Below are positions 40,889 through 50,977 of a DNA stretch of 64,000 nucleotides, piece by piece. The DNA is from an uncultured Methanolobus sp. (lineage in GTDB: Archaea; Halobacteriota; Methanosarcinia; Methanosarcinales; Methanosarcinaceae). A program made the position numbers and the translations under genes. The notes beneath the pieces are model-generated. The model saw only the letters and a list, made by a program, of their open reading frames with translations, had not been told where the DNA came from and made no database searches. The DNA lies in assembly GCA_963675495.1 (NCBI GenBank), contig OY776215.1, positions 2,592,001 to 2,656,000 on the forward strand. The letters run 5' to 3'. Each line of letters begins with the position of its first letter. Positions within the stretch are counted from its first letter, which is position 1.

Positions 40889-42565
40889 TTAAATGTTAAT
40901 GTAATGTATTATTTCTTCATTGCCTGTTCTTTTGATAAAATCATCTTTGCTTGTGAACGGGGCTTTCCTTTTTATATCGGTAGCCTGTTTCTTCCCAATG
41001 CCTGGAAGTTCCTGTATGAGTGGAATGGTGGCCGTGTTTATGCCGAGGGGATATGGCACGCCTGTGATCGATCGGTGGCCGTGGCGAGTCACAGTAGCAT
41101 CTATAAACCTACCAAGTGGCATATTTGCTGGTATTCCTACTAGTAATGGGTAAGAACCCATTTGTCTTCCAAAACACATTTTTCCATCATTGATCTCACA
41201 CATAACATCTTTGAGTATTGTTCCGGTGGGGACAAGCTTCTGGAGCATTGGCAGGTCTATATTTTTTCTGATCTTCTCTTTATATTTAAGAAATATCTGT
41301 TTATGCTTTCTTACAAGTTCATCATTGCCATACATCAGAGTGTCGGGGAAGGCCATGACCTGTCTTATGTTTATCCTGCGAAGCAGTAGGTCTGAGTCAA
41401 GAACTCGTTTCAGGAATTCGTAGTTAAGGTCAAATGTCTTTTTTGACTCTCCTATAAGGCCATGTACGAGATTTATTCCGGGGAGTATCTCTGGTATTCC
41501 ATTGTTTCCTCGTATTCTTCCTACTTCATTAATGAGTTTGACCGCTTCAAATATTTCATCAGGCATTGCTTTGAGTTTATTGGCTTTTACAACGATAGGG
41601 TCAGCACTTTCCATCCCAAGGGCTGCTACATCTCCTGAAGTATGGTATTTTACAATGGTTTTGAATATATCTTTGCACAATTCTGGATATGTTGCTATGG
41701 TTCCCGGATTGGCATTATCCATATGCAATACTTTTAGTTGCGGTGCCACATTCCTGATGCCTTTATAGAGCGAAAGGATGGCTTCAGGATCTGGCTCGGG
41801 TATTTGTCCACCTTTATCTTTTGCGTGGTAACTCAGGATGTCAGGTTGTCTTCCTATTCTGAAATATCTGGCTCCTCTATCGTATAATCCTTCTACTTCA
41901 GAAATAACATCAATAATAGGTCTATAGTCGGAGCTTCCATAGGAGGGTTCTGTGCAAAATGAGCAGTGTTGGTTGCGCCCACATCCTCGGTAGGTTTCAA
42001 GCTCACACATGACATTGGGATAATCTGGATGCTGTTTAATTATGAAAGTTCCTTTAGAAGCCCATCTGCCAATTTCCTCAACTGATCTGAACCGATGTTG
42101 GCATTGCTCCGGATCTGTTACCTTTCTTTCGAGAACATCATAAACAAATGCTTCGATGTCTTTCTGGCATATGATTACGTCTGTGGCGTTAATCAGTTTG
42201 CTTTCCGCTTTTTTTCCACCTTCCAGGGAATATCCAAGTCTTATGGGTCCGCCAAGTATTTTTATGCCGCTGGCTGCACTGAAGATGCTCTCTATCTCTC
42301 TCTGATTAATTGGTGTTGAACGCAGGTATTTTCCAGGTACTGTCATGCCAGAAACAATTATTATGATGTCTGCTTTCTTTATGGGTTCGGACGCATCGTT
42401 CGGGCTTTTACGTAGCTCGTCGATGGTGAATAAAGATATGTCTGTTTCCTGCAATCCTCTTTCCCGCAATGCTCCTGCAACATATCTTATGTATGGGGAT
42501 ATGTAAGGTGGAACTCCAAAACATGCAGGTTCATCTACATATCCGTCTATTATTACTGCTTTCAT
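40889..42565 (-). CDS. Radical SAM protein with C-terminal HhH (COG1031-like)
   Basis: DGYVDEPACFGVPPY, ETYRGCGRNQHCSFC, RRINIRQV, INTA...LPGIGKK. Confidence 0.88.
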   Translation of the reverse strand: MKAVIIDGYVDEPACFGVPPYISPYIRYVAGALRERGLQETDISLFTIDELRKSPNDASEPIKKADIIIIVSGMTVPGKYLRSTPINQREIESIFSAASGIKILGGPIRLGYSLEGGKKAESKLINATDVIICQKDIEAFVYDVLERKVTDPEQCQHRFRSVEEIGRWASKGTFIIKQHPDYPNVMCELETYRGCGRNQHCSFCTEPSYGSSDYRPIIDVISEVEGLYDRGARYFRIGRQPDILSYHAKDKGGQIPEPDPEAILSLYKGIRNVAPQLKVLHMDNANPGTIATYPELCKDIFKTIVKYHTSGDVAALGMESADPIVVKANKLKAMPDEIFEAVKLINEVGRIRGNNGIPEILPGINLVHGLIGESKKTFDLNYEFLKRVLDSDLLLRRINIRQVMAFPDTLMYGNDELVRKHKQIFLKYKEKIRKNIDLPMLQKLVPTGTILKDVMCEINDGKMCFGRQMGSYPLLVGIPANMPLGRFIDATVTRHGHRSITGVPYPLGINTATIPLIQELPGIGKKQATDIKRKAPFTSKDDFIKRTGNEEIIHYINI

Positions 42566-43102
42566 GTTTGTTAAAATATGTATTATTTAATGCATGCTTA
42601 TTATTATCGATATTAGCATGTGCTTTTCAAAATATGTGTGATTTATTGCTGCCTTAGTTGATGCCGTTTTCTGCAAACATGAGTTTGACAATGGTTGCTG
42701 GCCTATAATTCAGTGCGTGCATAGATATATGCTTCATATGTGCTCATTACTTGGAATACATCAGCCATATTTAAATCAATGGGTGTCTCTCCTTGGTGGG
42801 GCTGTCAGTAACAAATAACGGTAATTGGTCGACTAGCAGCTTTCATTCTTACGGATATTCATACAAAATCACACCGCATGCGCTGTATTATTTGAGTAAT
42901 ACTTGTGGTGAACAATTGCTTAACGTTAGGCATTTGTCATACTTTCCTGTATGTATTTGTGTGTAGCTTATGAGTGCTCATTTTCGTAATTTTTCATAAT
43001 TTGCATATTTCCTGAATTTGGCGTGTAGCACATACTTATTATATATTCCTTTTTCCATTACTATTATTAGTTTAAACATTATGCAGTAAATGAGGTTTTC
43101 CA

Positions 43103-44764
43103 ATGAGAAGTGACAAGACCAAGAAAGGACTTGAACGCGCACCGCATCGTTCCCTTTTGAAGGCAACCGGCGTGACAGATTCTGAAATGCAAAAACCGTT
43201 CATAGCGGTTGTAAACTCCAGAAATGAATTGATACCAGGCCACATAAATCTTGATAAGGTTGCAGAGGCAGTAAAGGCGGGCATAAGAAGTGCTGGTGGT
43301 GTTCCATTCGAATTCCATACAATTGGAATTTGTGATGGTATAGCCATGGGTCATGAGGGGATGAAATATTCTCTTCCAAGCCGTGAGGCCATTGAGGATT
43401 CTATTGAGCTTGTCCTTCAGGGGCATCAGCTCGATGGTATGGTGATGATCACTGCATGCGACAAGATCACTCCTGGTCATCTAATGGCAGCAGGAAACCT
43501 TGATATCCCTGCTATTGTCGTGACAGGCGGTCCGATGATGCCAGGATTTGTTGATGATGAGTACCGGGATCTGATCTCTGTCTTTGAAGGTGTAGGTGAA
43601 TGCCAGGCAGAAAAAGTATCTGATGAGAAGTTGAAACTACTGGAGGATTGTTCATGTAGCGGTGCAGGTTCATGTGCAGGTATGTATACCGCGAACACAA
43701 TGGCTTGTATGACTGAGGCACTTGGGCTTAGTCTTCCTGGTTGTGGTACGGCTCATGCAACAGATGCCAAAAAGATCCATCTTGCAAAAGACTCTGGTGA
43801 ACGCATCGTCTCCATGGTGCATGAAGGCATCAATTCTCGTAGCATAGTCACTATGGGGTCATTTGAGAATGCTATTATGGTTGACATGGCAATTGGTGGT
43901 AGTACCAATACAACTCTTCATCTTCCTGCAATAGCACATGCATTTGGTCTTGAGTTGTCCCTTGACGTATTTGACAGGTTGAGCAGGACTACTCCTCATA
44001 TCATCTCCCTGAAACCGGGCGGTGAAAATTATATGCTTGATTTCGAGAGGGCTGGCGGAGTACAGGCCATAATGGCCAGGTTGAGGTCAAAGCTTAATGT
44101 TGATGAAGCTACTGTTAATGGAAAGACCATCGGTCAGAATCTTGATGACCTTATAGTAGTAAATCCAAAACTCAATGCAAGGATAATTGGTACTTTGGAT
44201 GTGCCTATACATGAAGAGGGTGGCATTGCTATACTGAAGGGAAGTCTTGCTCCCGATGGTTCAGTTGTCAAACAGGCGGCAGTTGACCCTAAGATGCTCA
44301 AGCATAGTGGTCCTGCGCGGGTGTTCGACAGTGAAGAGGCAGCTATGGAGGCAATCCTTGCAAAGAAGATCGTTGCAGGTGATGTTGTGGTCATACGTTA
44401 CGAGGGTCCAAAAGGTGGCCCAGGCATGCGTGAAATGTTGTCTCCTACATCAGCTATTGCCGGAATGGGGCTTATTGACAAGGTTGCACTTATCACGGAC
44501 GGTCGTTTCTCCGGTGGAACCCGGGGTCCGTGCATAGGGCATATTTCTCCTGAGGCTCAGGAAGGCGGTCCAATAGGTCTTGTAGAAGAGGGTGATATCA
44601 TCGAGATCGACATTCCTGCCAGGATACTGAACCTTAAGGTTTCAGAAGAGGTGCTTGAAAAGCGCAGGGAAACCTTTGTTCCTGTTGAAAAGAAGGTCAC
44701 AGGTTATCTTGCAAGATACAGGAGATTCGTCAGTTCTGCAAGTAAGGGCGCTATAATAAGTTGA
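43103..44764 (+). CDS. ilvD: Dihydroxy-acid dehydratase
   Basis: [48 protein letters not shown]. Confidence 0.97.
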   Translation: MRSDKTKKGLERAPHRSLLKATGVTDSEMQKPFIAVVNSRNELIPGHINLDKVAEAVKAGIRSAGGVPFEFHTIGICDGIAMGHEGMKYSLPSREAIEDSIELVLQGHQLDGMVMITACDKITPGHLMAAGNLDIPAIVVTGGPMMPGFVDDEYRDLISVFEGVGECQAEKVSDEKLKLLEDCSCSGAGSCAGMYTANTMACMTEALGLSLPGCGTAHATDAKKIHLAKDSGERIVSMVHEGINSRSIVTMGSFENAIMVDMAIGGSTNTTLHLPAIAHAFGLELSLDVFDRLSRTTPHIISLKPGGENYMLDFERAGGVQAIMARLRSKLNVDEATVNGKTIGQNLDDLIVVNPKLNARIIGTLDVPIHEEGGIAILKGSLAPDGSVVKQAAVDPKMLKHSGPARVFDSEEAAMEAILAKKIVAGDVVVIRYEGPKGGPGMREMLSPTSAIAGMGLIDKVALITDGRFSGGTRGPCIGHISPEAQEGGPIGLVEEGDIIEIDIPARILNLKVSEEVLEKRRETFVPVEKKVTGYLARYRRFVSSASKGAIIS

Positions 44765-44858
44765 TATTAGAAAAAATCAGGTCTTTATAGGCCTGCTTTT
44801 ACTTATTTTTAAATTTGACCGATGGTTTTTTCAGATTGAATTACCTGAGTATTATTTA

Positions 44859-45035
44859 ATGGAAAGGGTGGGTATTTGTTCGATATGTGGTTCTGTATCT
44901 GGCCTGAACACATGTTCTCTTTGCGGAAGGCTAGTTTGTAATGGGTGCTACGATCATTCGAGAAATGTTTGTGTCCAGTGTTCTTCAGGTGTAACTTTCT
45001 CCGAGTCATCATCGCAAAGATCAGGTATGATTTGA
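44859..45035 (+). CDS. 58-aa zinc-finger microprotein with four CxxC motifs (absent from ORF track)
   Basis: Hand translation MERVGICSICGSVSGLNTCSLCGRLVCNGCYDHSRNVCVQCSSGVTFSESSSQRSGMI. Confidence 0.85.
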   Translation: MERVGICSICGSVSGLNTCSLCGRLVCNGCYDHSRNVCVQCSSGVTFSESSSQRSGMI

Positions 45036-45036
45036 A

Positions 45037-46506
45037 TTATTTTAATCTATGAAGTTGCTCAATTCCATTTTCCTGTTTGAGCACAAGTACTTCCCTTGTT
45101 ACAAGTTCTTGTATCTTCCTGTCTATGTCCTCCTGACTGAACTGACGTGAAACAAGACTTTTGATAATTTCTTTTTTAACTTTTGCCCCACGTGGCATAT
45201 ACATCAGTATGTTTCCTTCAAGTTTATCTGGCTCTGCATCAGATATCTGTTCTGTTGCAGGTGGAGATACAGGTGTTTGCCCGGGTATATTTTGCATTTC
45301 CTGCATAGTATCTGCTTCGCTATTCATAAACGGTGGTATTCCATCTGAATTGGCAGACTGCTGTGGTTCAGGTACATTGAATACCGGTTGCGGTGTGCTT
45401 TCTCCTTCGGGGCTGAACGGTGGCATTCCTTCCGGTAGTTTAAAATCTGGCATTGCCGGTGCAATTTCTACTTGAGGACCTTCTGCTGGTGAGTTCAAAT
45501 CAGGCATCGCAAATACTGCATTTTCTGATGGTGCTCTTAGTTCTGGCACATTAAATCCAGTATCTTGGTTTGCAGGTTCTGGTGGTTTTAGCTCCGGCAT
45601 AGTGAATGCATTATCTTGGTTTGCTTGCTCCGGTGGCTTTGGTTCTGGCATCGTAGATCCAGCGTCTTGGCTTGCCTGCTCCGGTGTTCTTAGCTCCGGC
45701 ATAGTGAATGCATTATCTTGGTTTGCCTGCTCCGGTGGCTTTAGTTCTGGCATCGTAGATCCAGCGTCTTGGCTTGTCTGTTCCGGTATGGTAAATGCTG
45801 GTTCTTGGTTTGTAGGATCTGGTGACTTTAGTTCCGGCATAGTAAATCCAGTATCTTGACTTGTCTGCTCTATTACTTGTGCAAATTGTTCTGGTTCAGT
45901 AGTTTCTGTTTTCAGTGCTGAAGTTTCCATTTCCTGATGGCTGCTCTTTTCTACTATCATCTCGGATAAATTAGTTTCATGATCCTGTTCTTCGAAATTC
46001 TGTTGTATGGCACTTGCAGGTTCTTGTTCATCTGCTTTATTGGTAATTATTACCGGTGCAACCACAACAGGTGCCTGTGGGGGTATTTCATTTTCTGATA
46101 TTTGCGGTTGAAGCTGAGCATCTGTTTCTCCAAACTCGTCAATGATATCGATGTCAGTAATCTCTTCTTCACTGTTTATTTCTGGGATAGTTGTATTCAT
46201 TTTGGTAAAGATTTCATCATCAGATTCTTGTATATCTCTACTTTCCGGGGCACTTTGTATATTCCTACTAATTTCATTTGTCTCTGTGAAACTATTTTCT
46301 ACTAATGCCAGCCTGTTTAATATTGTATTTACGTCATCTCTGAGGATTGCAAACCTATCGGTCCACGATACTATATCGTCTGAAGGGGAATTATCTAAAA
46401 TATCCAGCTCCCTTTCGATAAGTTTTCTGATGAACAGACTTTTATTGTCAATTACGTCCAGTTTATCAAAAAGCTCATCAGACATACTAATGGTAAGTCG
46501 TTTCAT
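45037..46506 (-). CDS. Hypothetical protein: N-terminal ribbon-helix-helix, acidic Pro-rich repeats, small C-terminal domain
   Basis: MKRLTISMSDELFDKLD...KSLFIRKLIERELD RHH pattern; repeated FTMPELKPPEQANQD. Confidence 0.8.
   Translation of the reverse strand: MKRLTISMSDELFDKLDVIDNKSLFIRKLIERELDILDNSPSDDIVSWTDRFAILRDDVNTILNRLALVENSFTETNEISRNIQSAPESRDIQESDDEIFTKMNTTIPEINSEEEITDIDIIDEFGETDAQLQPQISENEIPPQAPVVVAPVIITNKADEQEPASAIQQNFEEQDHETNLSEMIVEKSSHQEMETSALKTETTEPEQFAQVIEQTSQDTGFTMPELKSPDPTNQEPAFTIPEQTSQDAGSTMPELKPPEQANQDNAFTMPELRTPEQASQDAGSTMPEPKPPEQANQDNAFTMPELKPPEPANQDTGFNVPELRAPSENAVFAMPDLNSPAEGPQVEIAPAMPDFKLPEGMPPFSPEGESTPQPVFNVPEPQQSANSDGIPPFMNSEADTMQEMQNIPGQTPVSPPATEQISDAEPDKLEGNILMYMPRGAKVKKEIIKSLVSRQFSQEDIDRKIQELVTREVLVLKQENGIEQLHRLK
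45535..45870. repeat. Intragenic ~51-bp tandem repeat (17-aa unit) with 102-bp higher-order periodicity
   Basis: GGCATAGTGAATGCATTATCTTGGTTTGC occurs at 45596 and 45698; flanking degenerate copies. Confidence 0.85.
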
Positions 46507-46697
46507 GGCAATCTCCCTTTGATGTTTGTCAATGTATAATCATACTGATGTATGCATATATCATACATATATAATTAATGGAATTATATTTAAAATATTA
46601 TGTATTTCGCATTCTGTGATTCGAAATTCATGCCTAAAAAAGTAAAAGATAATCTAATAATGTAGTTAAGCTCTATAAAAAAAATGAGAACATAAGT

Positions 46698-47471
46698 TCA
46701 CATTGATTTCTTACATTCAGGGCAGGCTTTACCTTTTGTTGTCGAGATAAACGAATGCTTTGGTGTTATGCACTTACACATAGGGCACAATTCATTGTTC
46801 TTAAATATCTTCTCTACTGCCTGAAGGTCTGTCTCATAAATGTGTGTGTCCCATCCTGTGGCTATAAGTGACTCGATTTCAAACGCAAGTTTATGCTCAC
46901 GGAAAACTTTTTTGAATCCTTCAACGATAGCCGGGATATTGGCTGGGAATCCTCCAAATGCATCCCATGACCTATATAAGAGGTATATCCTGACCTGTGT
47001 ATCATTCAACAGTTCTACTTTATAGGCTATCCAGCAGGGCTGGTCTTCGTATTTTGGTATGTGAACTTCATTCTCCCAGAGTATACCAACATGTCTTCTG
47101 GAGCCCGGTCGCAGGTTGCTCACATTTGCACTTACTGTATTGTATGCTGTTTCTCCGTACCTGAATAACTGTTTTGCATAACAATAATCAAATTTTCTCT
47201 TGTCATCATCTGAGAGTGAAACATACCAATCTGCATACTCTTCAGTGAGTTCTTCTTTATATTTTGCTATAAGGTTCTCTCCAAAAGGTACAGCAGGATT
47301 GACCTGCATGTTGTCCACATCCTCTATGTATATAGTGGCATGTACTCTCTTTGTAATTGTTTTGTAGTCTGGTTTGTGTTCCTCTCCTTTTTCATATATT
47401 TCATGGATCAATTGGGACCATGCAGAGGAAATTGTTTTTGCTTTTATCAGTACAGCTTCCATATCACTCAT
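46698..47471 (-). CDS. Thymidylate synthase family protein (archaeal type) with C-terminal CxxC...CxxC
   Basis: SRR, QPCW catalytic Cys, YRSWDAFGGFPAN, HIYETD. Confidence 0.8.
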   Translation of the reverse strand: MSDMEAVLIKAKTISSAWSQLIHEIYEKGEEHKPDYKTITKRVHATIYIEDVDNMQVNPAVPFGENLIAKYKEELTEEYADWYVSLSDDDKRKFDYCYAKQLFRYGETAYNTVSANVSNLRPGSRRHVGILWENEVHIPKYEDQPCWIAYKVELLNDTQVRIYLLYRSWDAFGGFPANIPAIVEGFKKVFREHKLAFEIESLIATGWDTHIYETDLQAVEKIFKNNELCPMCKCITPKHSFISTTKGKACPECKKSM

Positions 47472-47559
47472 TCCCTGTTACCGTAATATCTTACTTAGAT
47501 GATAGATTTTTGAAATAAAAATGATTTTATTAAAATTAAATTGTGTGCTCTGGATATAA

Positions 47560-48426
47560 TCATTGTTGTTGTTTATCGGTCGTCGGTTGTTTGTCTGACT
47601 TCTCTACGAGAGCACTTGCAAGTATTATTGCTTTGGTATAGTGTCCTCCGACTCTGGATGTGTCGACAAATACATAGTCATCCATCAATATGGGTGCACC
47701 AAGTCCGTCTCCTCCTCCCAGGAACACAAGTGTTCTGAATATAAGATTGCCTGATATGCCATCCGGTGCAAGTATGAAATTCGCTTCCTTTATGGCATCC
47801 TCTATGAGTATCGTATGATGCTTTGCGTCTATTCCCAGTTCTCTTATCCTGTTGACAATGAAGTCCCCTTCCGCAAGTGTCTGGTCTACTCGCAGGTTGC
47901 GGCCCAGGTCTCCCAGTCTTCCTCCTGAAAGAATGCCTACAACTGGTTCGATATTAAACCTGCGGATGTATTCTACTCCTAGTTTTATGAATTCTATCTT
48001 GTCTGCAAGTTTATTTCCTTCATCTATGCCTACAGGTGCGATGAAAAAGGGAGTACCTTCGCTTGTTTGCAACAGTGCAATTCTGTGCAGGTTTTCCTGG
48101 TTCAGGATCTTTTTGAGGTGTGTCAATGTTCCTGAAGCTCCTGCAGTTCCTCTGACTGCCGCATCTACGTATCCGGATTTGAGGAGGTCGCCAAGTGTTC
48201 TCTCAGGATCATTGGTTCCTATTATCTCAAGCTCAGTTCCTATTTCATCTATCTCTTTTTTGTTACCTACAAGTAACACGTGTGCATATCCTGCTTCATG
48301 TGCATCTCTGGCACTCTTTAGCATCTTGGGGCTGGGATTACGCACTCCTATTGCAACTCTTGCCTTATTTTGTAATGCCCTTTTTTCTATCAGGTCAAGG
48401 AGGTTCTCTGTACTTTTTGATCCCAT
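47560..48426 (-). CDS. mtxX: Methanogenesis marker protein 4 (MtxX)
   Basis: [49 protein letters not shown]; start at ATG 48426. Confidence 0.93.
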   Translation of the reverse strand: MGSKSTENLLDLIEKRALQNKARVAIGVRNPSPKMLKSARDAHEAGYAHVLLVGNKKEIDEIGTELEIIGTNDPERTLGDLLKSGYVDAAVRGTAGASGTLTHLKKILNQENLHRIALLQTSEGTPFFIAPVGIDEGNKLADKIEFIKLGVEYIRRFNIEPVVGILSGGRLGDLGRNLRVDQTLAEGDFIVNRIRELGIDAKHHTILIEDAIKEANFILAPDGISGNLIFRTLVFLGGGDGLGAPILMDDYVFVDTSRVGGHYTKAIILASALVEKSDKQPTTDKQQQ

Positions 48427-48514
48427 GGAACGGTACCTGCCATCAATATTATCAATCAGAACAATCAAAGTGATGCAAACATTAATTACTTTTCCTGAAT
48501 ATTGGGTAAACAAC

Positions 48515-49993
48515 ATGACTGTGCAGATGGAATGGGCAGAGAAATACAGGCCAGGAACACTTGATGATATTGTAGGTCATAAAAAAGTGATAGTCGACCT
48601 TATGAAGTGGGGTGAGCAATGGGGGCATGGCGTCCCTGAATCAAGGGCAGTATTGCTTCATGGTCAGGCAGGCATAGGCAAGACCTCCTCTGCATATGCA
48701 CTTGCAAATGATATGGGCTGGGAAGTTATAGAGCTTAATGCCAGCGACCAGCGGACCGCAGGTGTGATCGAAAAGGTGGCAGGCTCAGCATCCCGAATGC
48801 AAACCCTGACTGGTGCCTCTACCAAAAGACTAGTCGTACTTGATGAGGCTGATAATCTTCATGGAAATAGTGATCGTGGGGGTGCACGTGCTATTATTGA
48901 TATTGTCAAAAAAACAAATCAACCCATCGTTCTTATTGCTAACGACCTTTATGGTATCTCCTCTTCACTACGTTCTTTATGCCTTGAGCTGAAGTTCGGT
49001 TCCGTTCAATCCCGATCCATGGTGCCTGCACTCAAGAAAATAGCACATAACGAGGGCCTGATGTGCGGTGTCGGTGTAATTGAGAAAATAGCCGAGACTG
49101 CAGACGGGGATTTCAGGAGTGCTGTTAATGATCTCCAGGCAGTTGCTCTTGGACGTACGGAAATTGACATCGAAGACATTTCTACTTCTGAGCGGGATAA
49201 TAAAGAGTCCATATTTAAAGTTGTGGGTAGGATCTTCAAGGGAAAGGACATTTCTTCTGCTCTTGAAGCTACCTATAATCTTGATGAGACTCCTGAGGAC
49301 CTTATTCATTGGGTGGATGAAAATCTTCCATACCAGTACACAGGTAAAGGTGAAGAAGCGCTTACAGATGATATTATTCAGGCATATTCTTATCTTTCAC
49401 GTTCTGATCGTTTTTTGGGACGTGTGCGCAGGAGGCAGAATTATCGAATGTGGCGTTATGCGGGCATGCTCATGACTGGTGGGACAGTAGTTTCAAAATC
49501 TCGCAATCGCGGTGGTTTTGTGAGGTACCAGGCACCTTCTCTCTGGCGTAAAATGGGTCAGATGCGTTCTAAGAGGAATATGAGGAATAATATTGCTGTG
49601 AAAGTTGGCGCTCATTGTCATGAATCAATGCGTTATTCACGGCTTGAGGTTGCAGGACTTTATACGAAGCTTTTGGAAGCAGATGACTATGCGATAGACG
49701 TTGTTGCAACACTTGGACTTGAAATGGATGAATTGCTCTATCTGATGGGTGCTAAAAAGGTCACAAAAAAAATACAGGGCATTTATGATGGTGCCCAAGA
49801 GCTGCGAAAGAACGTGTTTTCTTCAGATGAGCCCGCCTTTTTCGTAGAAAAAAAGAGTCCTAAAAAAGATCCTTCTCAGCTGAGTCTGGACAAATTACCA
49901 GGTTCAAATGAAGAGGAGCCTGTGGCAAGTGAAACTTCCTTTTCTAAAAAGGAACCTGCAAAAAAACCACAAAAGACTCTTTTTGATTTTTAA
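48515..49993 (+). CDS. rfcL: Replication factor C large subunit
   Basis: [41 protein letters not shown]-terminal PIP box QKTLFDF. Confidence 0.96.
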   Translation: MTVQMEWAEKYRPGTLDDIVGHKKVIVDLMKWGEQWGHGVPESRAVLLHGQAGIGKTSSAYALANDMGWEVIELNASDQRTAGVIEKVAGSASRMQTLTGASTKRLVVLDEADNLHGNSDRGGARAIIDIVKKTNQPIVLIANDLYGISSSLRSLCLELKFGSVQSRSMVPALKKIAHNEGLMCGVGVIEKIAETADGDFRSAVNDLQAVALGRTEIDIEDISTSERDNKESIFKVVGRIFKGKDISSALEATYNLDETPEDLIHWVDENLPYQYTGKGEEALTDDIIQAYSYLSRSDRFLGRVRRRQNYRMWRYAGMLMTGGTVVSKSRNRGGFVRYQAPSLWRKMGQMRSKRNMRNNIAVKVGAHCHESMRYSRLEVAGLYTKLLEADDYAIDVVATLGLEMDELLYLMGAKKVTKKIQGIYDGAQELRKNVFSSDEPAFFVEKKSPKKDPSQLSLDKLPGSNEEEPVASETSFSKKEPAKKPQKTLFDF

Positions 49994-50657
49994 TTCTGGT
50001 TATTGTGGCCAGAATTACTATGTGTGGTATATATGCATCACTTGATGCATGTTGTAATATATATTATAGAATACATGTGTCTGATTGCATATATCAACAA
50101 GTATCTGTTATGCAGGATGTTCGCTTATATTTGATTTCCTTCATGATATGTCATTTACATCTATCTGATATAATTGCTTTATATTTCTCATCATCTGTAT
50201 TTGTTTGAACAGTTGTCTTATTTTGTACGATTTTTTCAAGATCATAGAATAAAGGACTCTGTTATTTTTATAAGGGGGTGTATGAAAATGTATTCTCAGT
50301 ACTACTAACTCAACAGAAATCTCTGGTAATTCACAATAATATAAAGCTCAATGTAAGCGACGCTTAACACTTTATAAGTTCTATTTCAGTAAAAAATGAA
50401 TGAAAAATGTGGAGTGGAGTATGAGCGGGTTGGGGAGTGGGGGTTATTGTCAAAAAGAGGATAACCCGCTCATCTACTTCTAGTATGCATAGTATCGTAT
50501 ATAAACGTTTTGCTCATCATCATCATAATGATGGGGTGATTCTGCTAAAAATATCATTTTAATATCTCCTGCACTTGATATTACTTTTTATTACTTTGCT
50601 AAATTACATCGAAAACTGATAAATACCTTGCATTCCACTTTCAGTGTGAGTGATACA

Positions 50658-50891
50658 ATGGTAATTGGAGTTACGATGGTAAATGTGCTGCCTGGCAGTG
50701 AAAGAACAGCTTTTAATGAACTTAACAAGATTGAAGGAATAAAGGACATCTATCATGTGTTTGGTGAGTATGACTTTGTTGTGGTAATTGAGGTGGATGA
50801 TCTGGGACATCTCAATAGTATTGTAGACTTGATCCGTGAGACCGGTTCGGTCACTGCAACACAAACTATTGTGGGTGCAGAATTGAAGTGA
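50658..50891 (+). CDS. Stand-alone Lrp/AsnC ligand-binding (RAM) domain protein
   Basis: VFGEYDFVV motif; directly upstream of top6B. Confidence 0.85.
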   Translation: MVIGVTMVNVLPGSERTAFNELNKIEGIKDIYHVFGEYDFVVVIEVDDLGHLNSIVDLIRETGSVTATQTIVGAELK

Positions 50892-50977
50892 TTCGGAAAA
50901 AACATTTTTATATATTCCGTGTTATTATTTTCTGGTCACTGCAATAGTGGCCAACAAAGGACGAGGAAGATATTCTT

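Noticed and set aside
42566-43102. Long intergenic region before ilvD as possible attenuator or ncRNA
   Set aside because: No convincing stems or branched-chain-rich leader peptide found by eye
44809-45012. 67-aa minus-strand ORF in the track
   Set aside because: Shadow of the plus-strand CxxC microprotein at 44859-45035
45535-45870. Regular repeats resembling a CRISPR array
   Set aside because: No unique spacers; units are in-frame coding repeats and no cas genes are nearby
47852-48514. 713-aa ORF suggesting an N-terminally extended RFC large subunit
   Set aside because: The extension is the antisense frame of mtxX; RFC homology starts at [13 protein letters not shown] (48515)
50354-50366. 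Palindrome TAAGCG-A-CGCTTA
   Set aside because: Single short occurrence with no clear associated gene start; insufficient support
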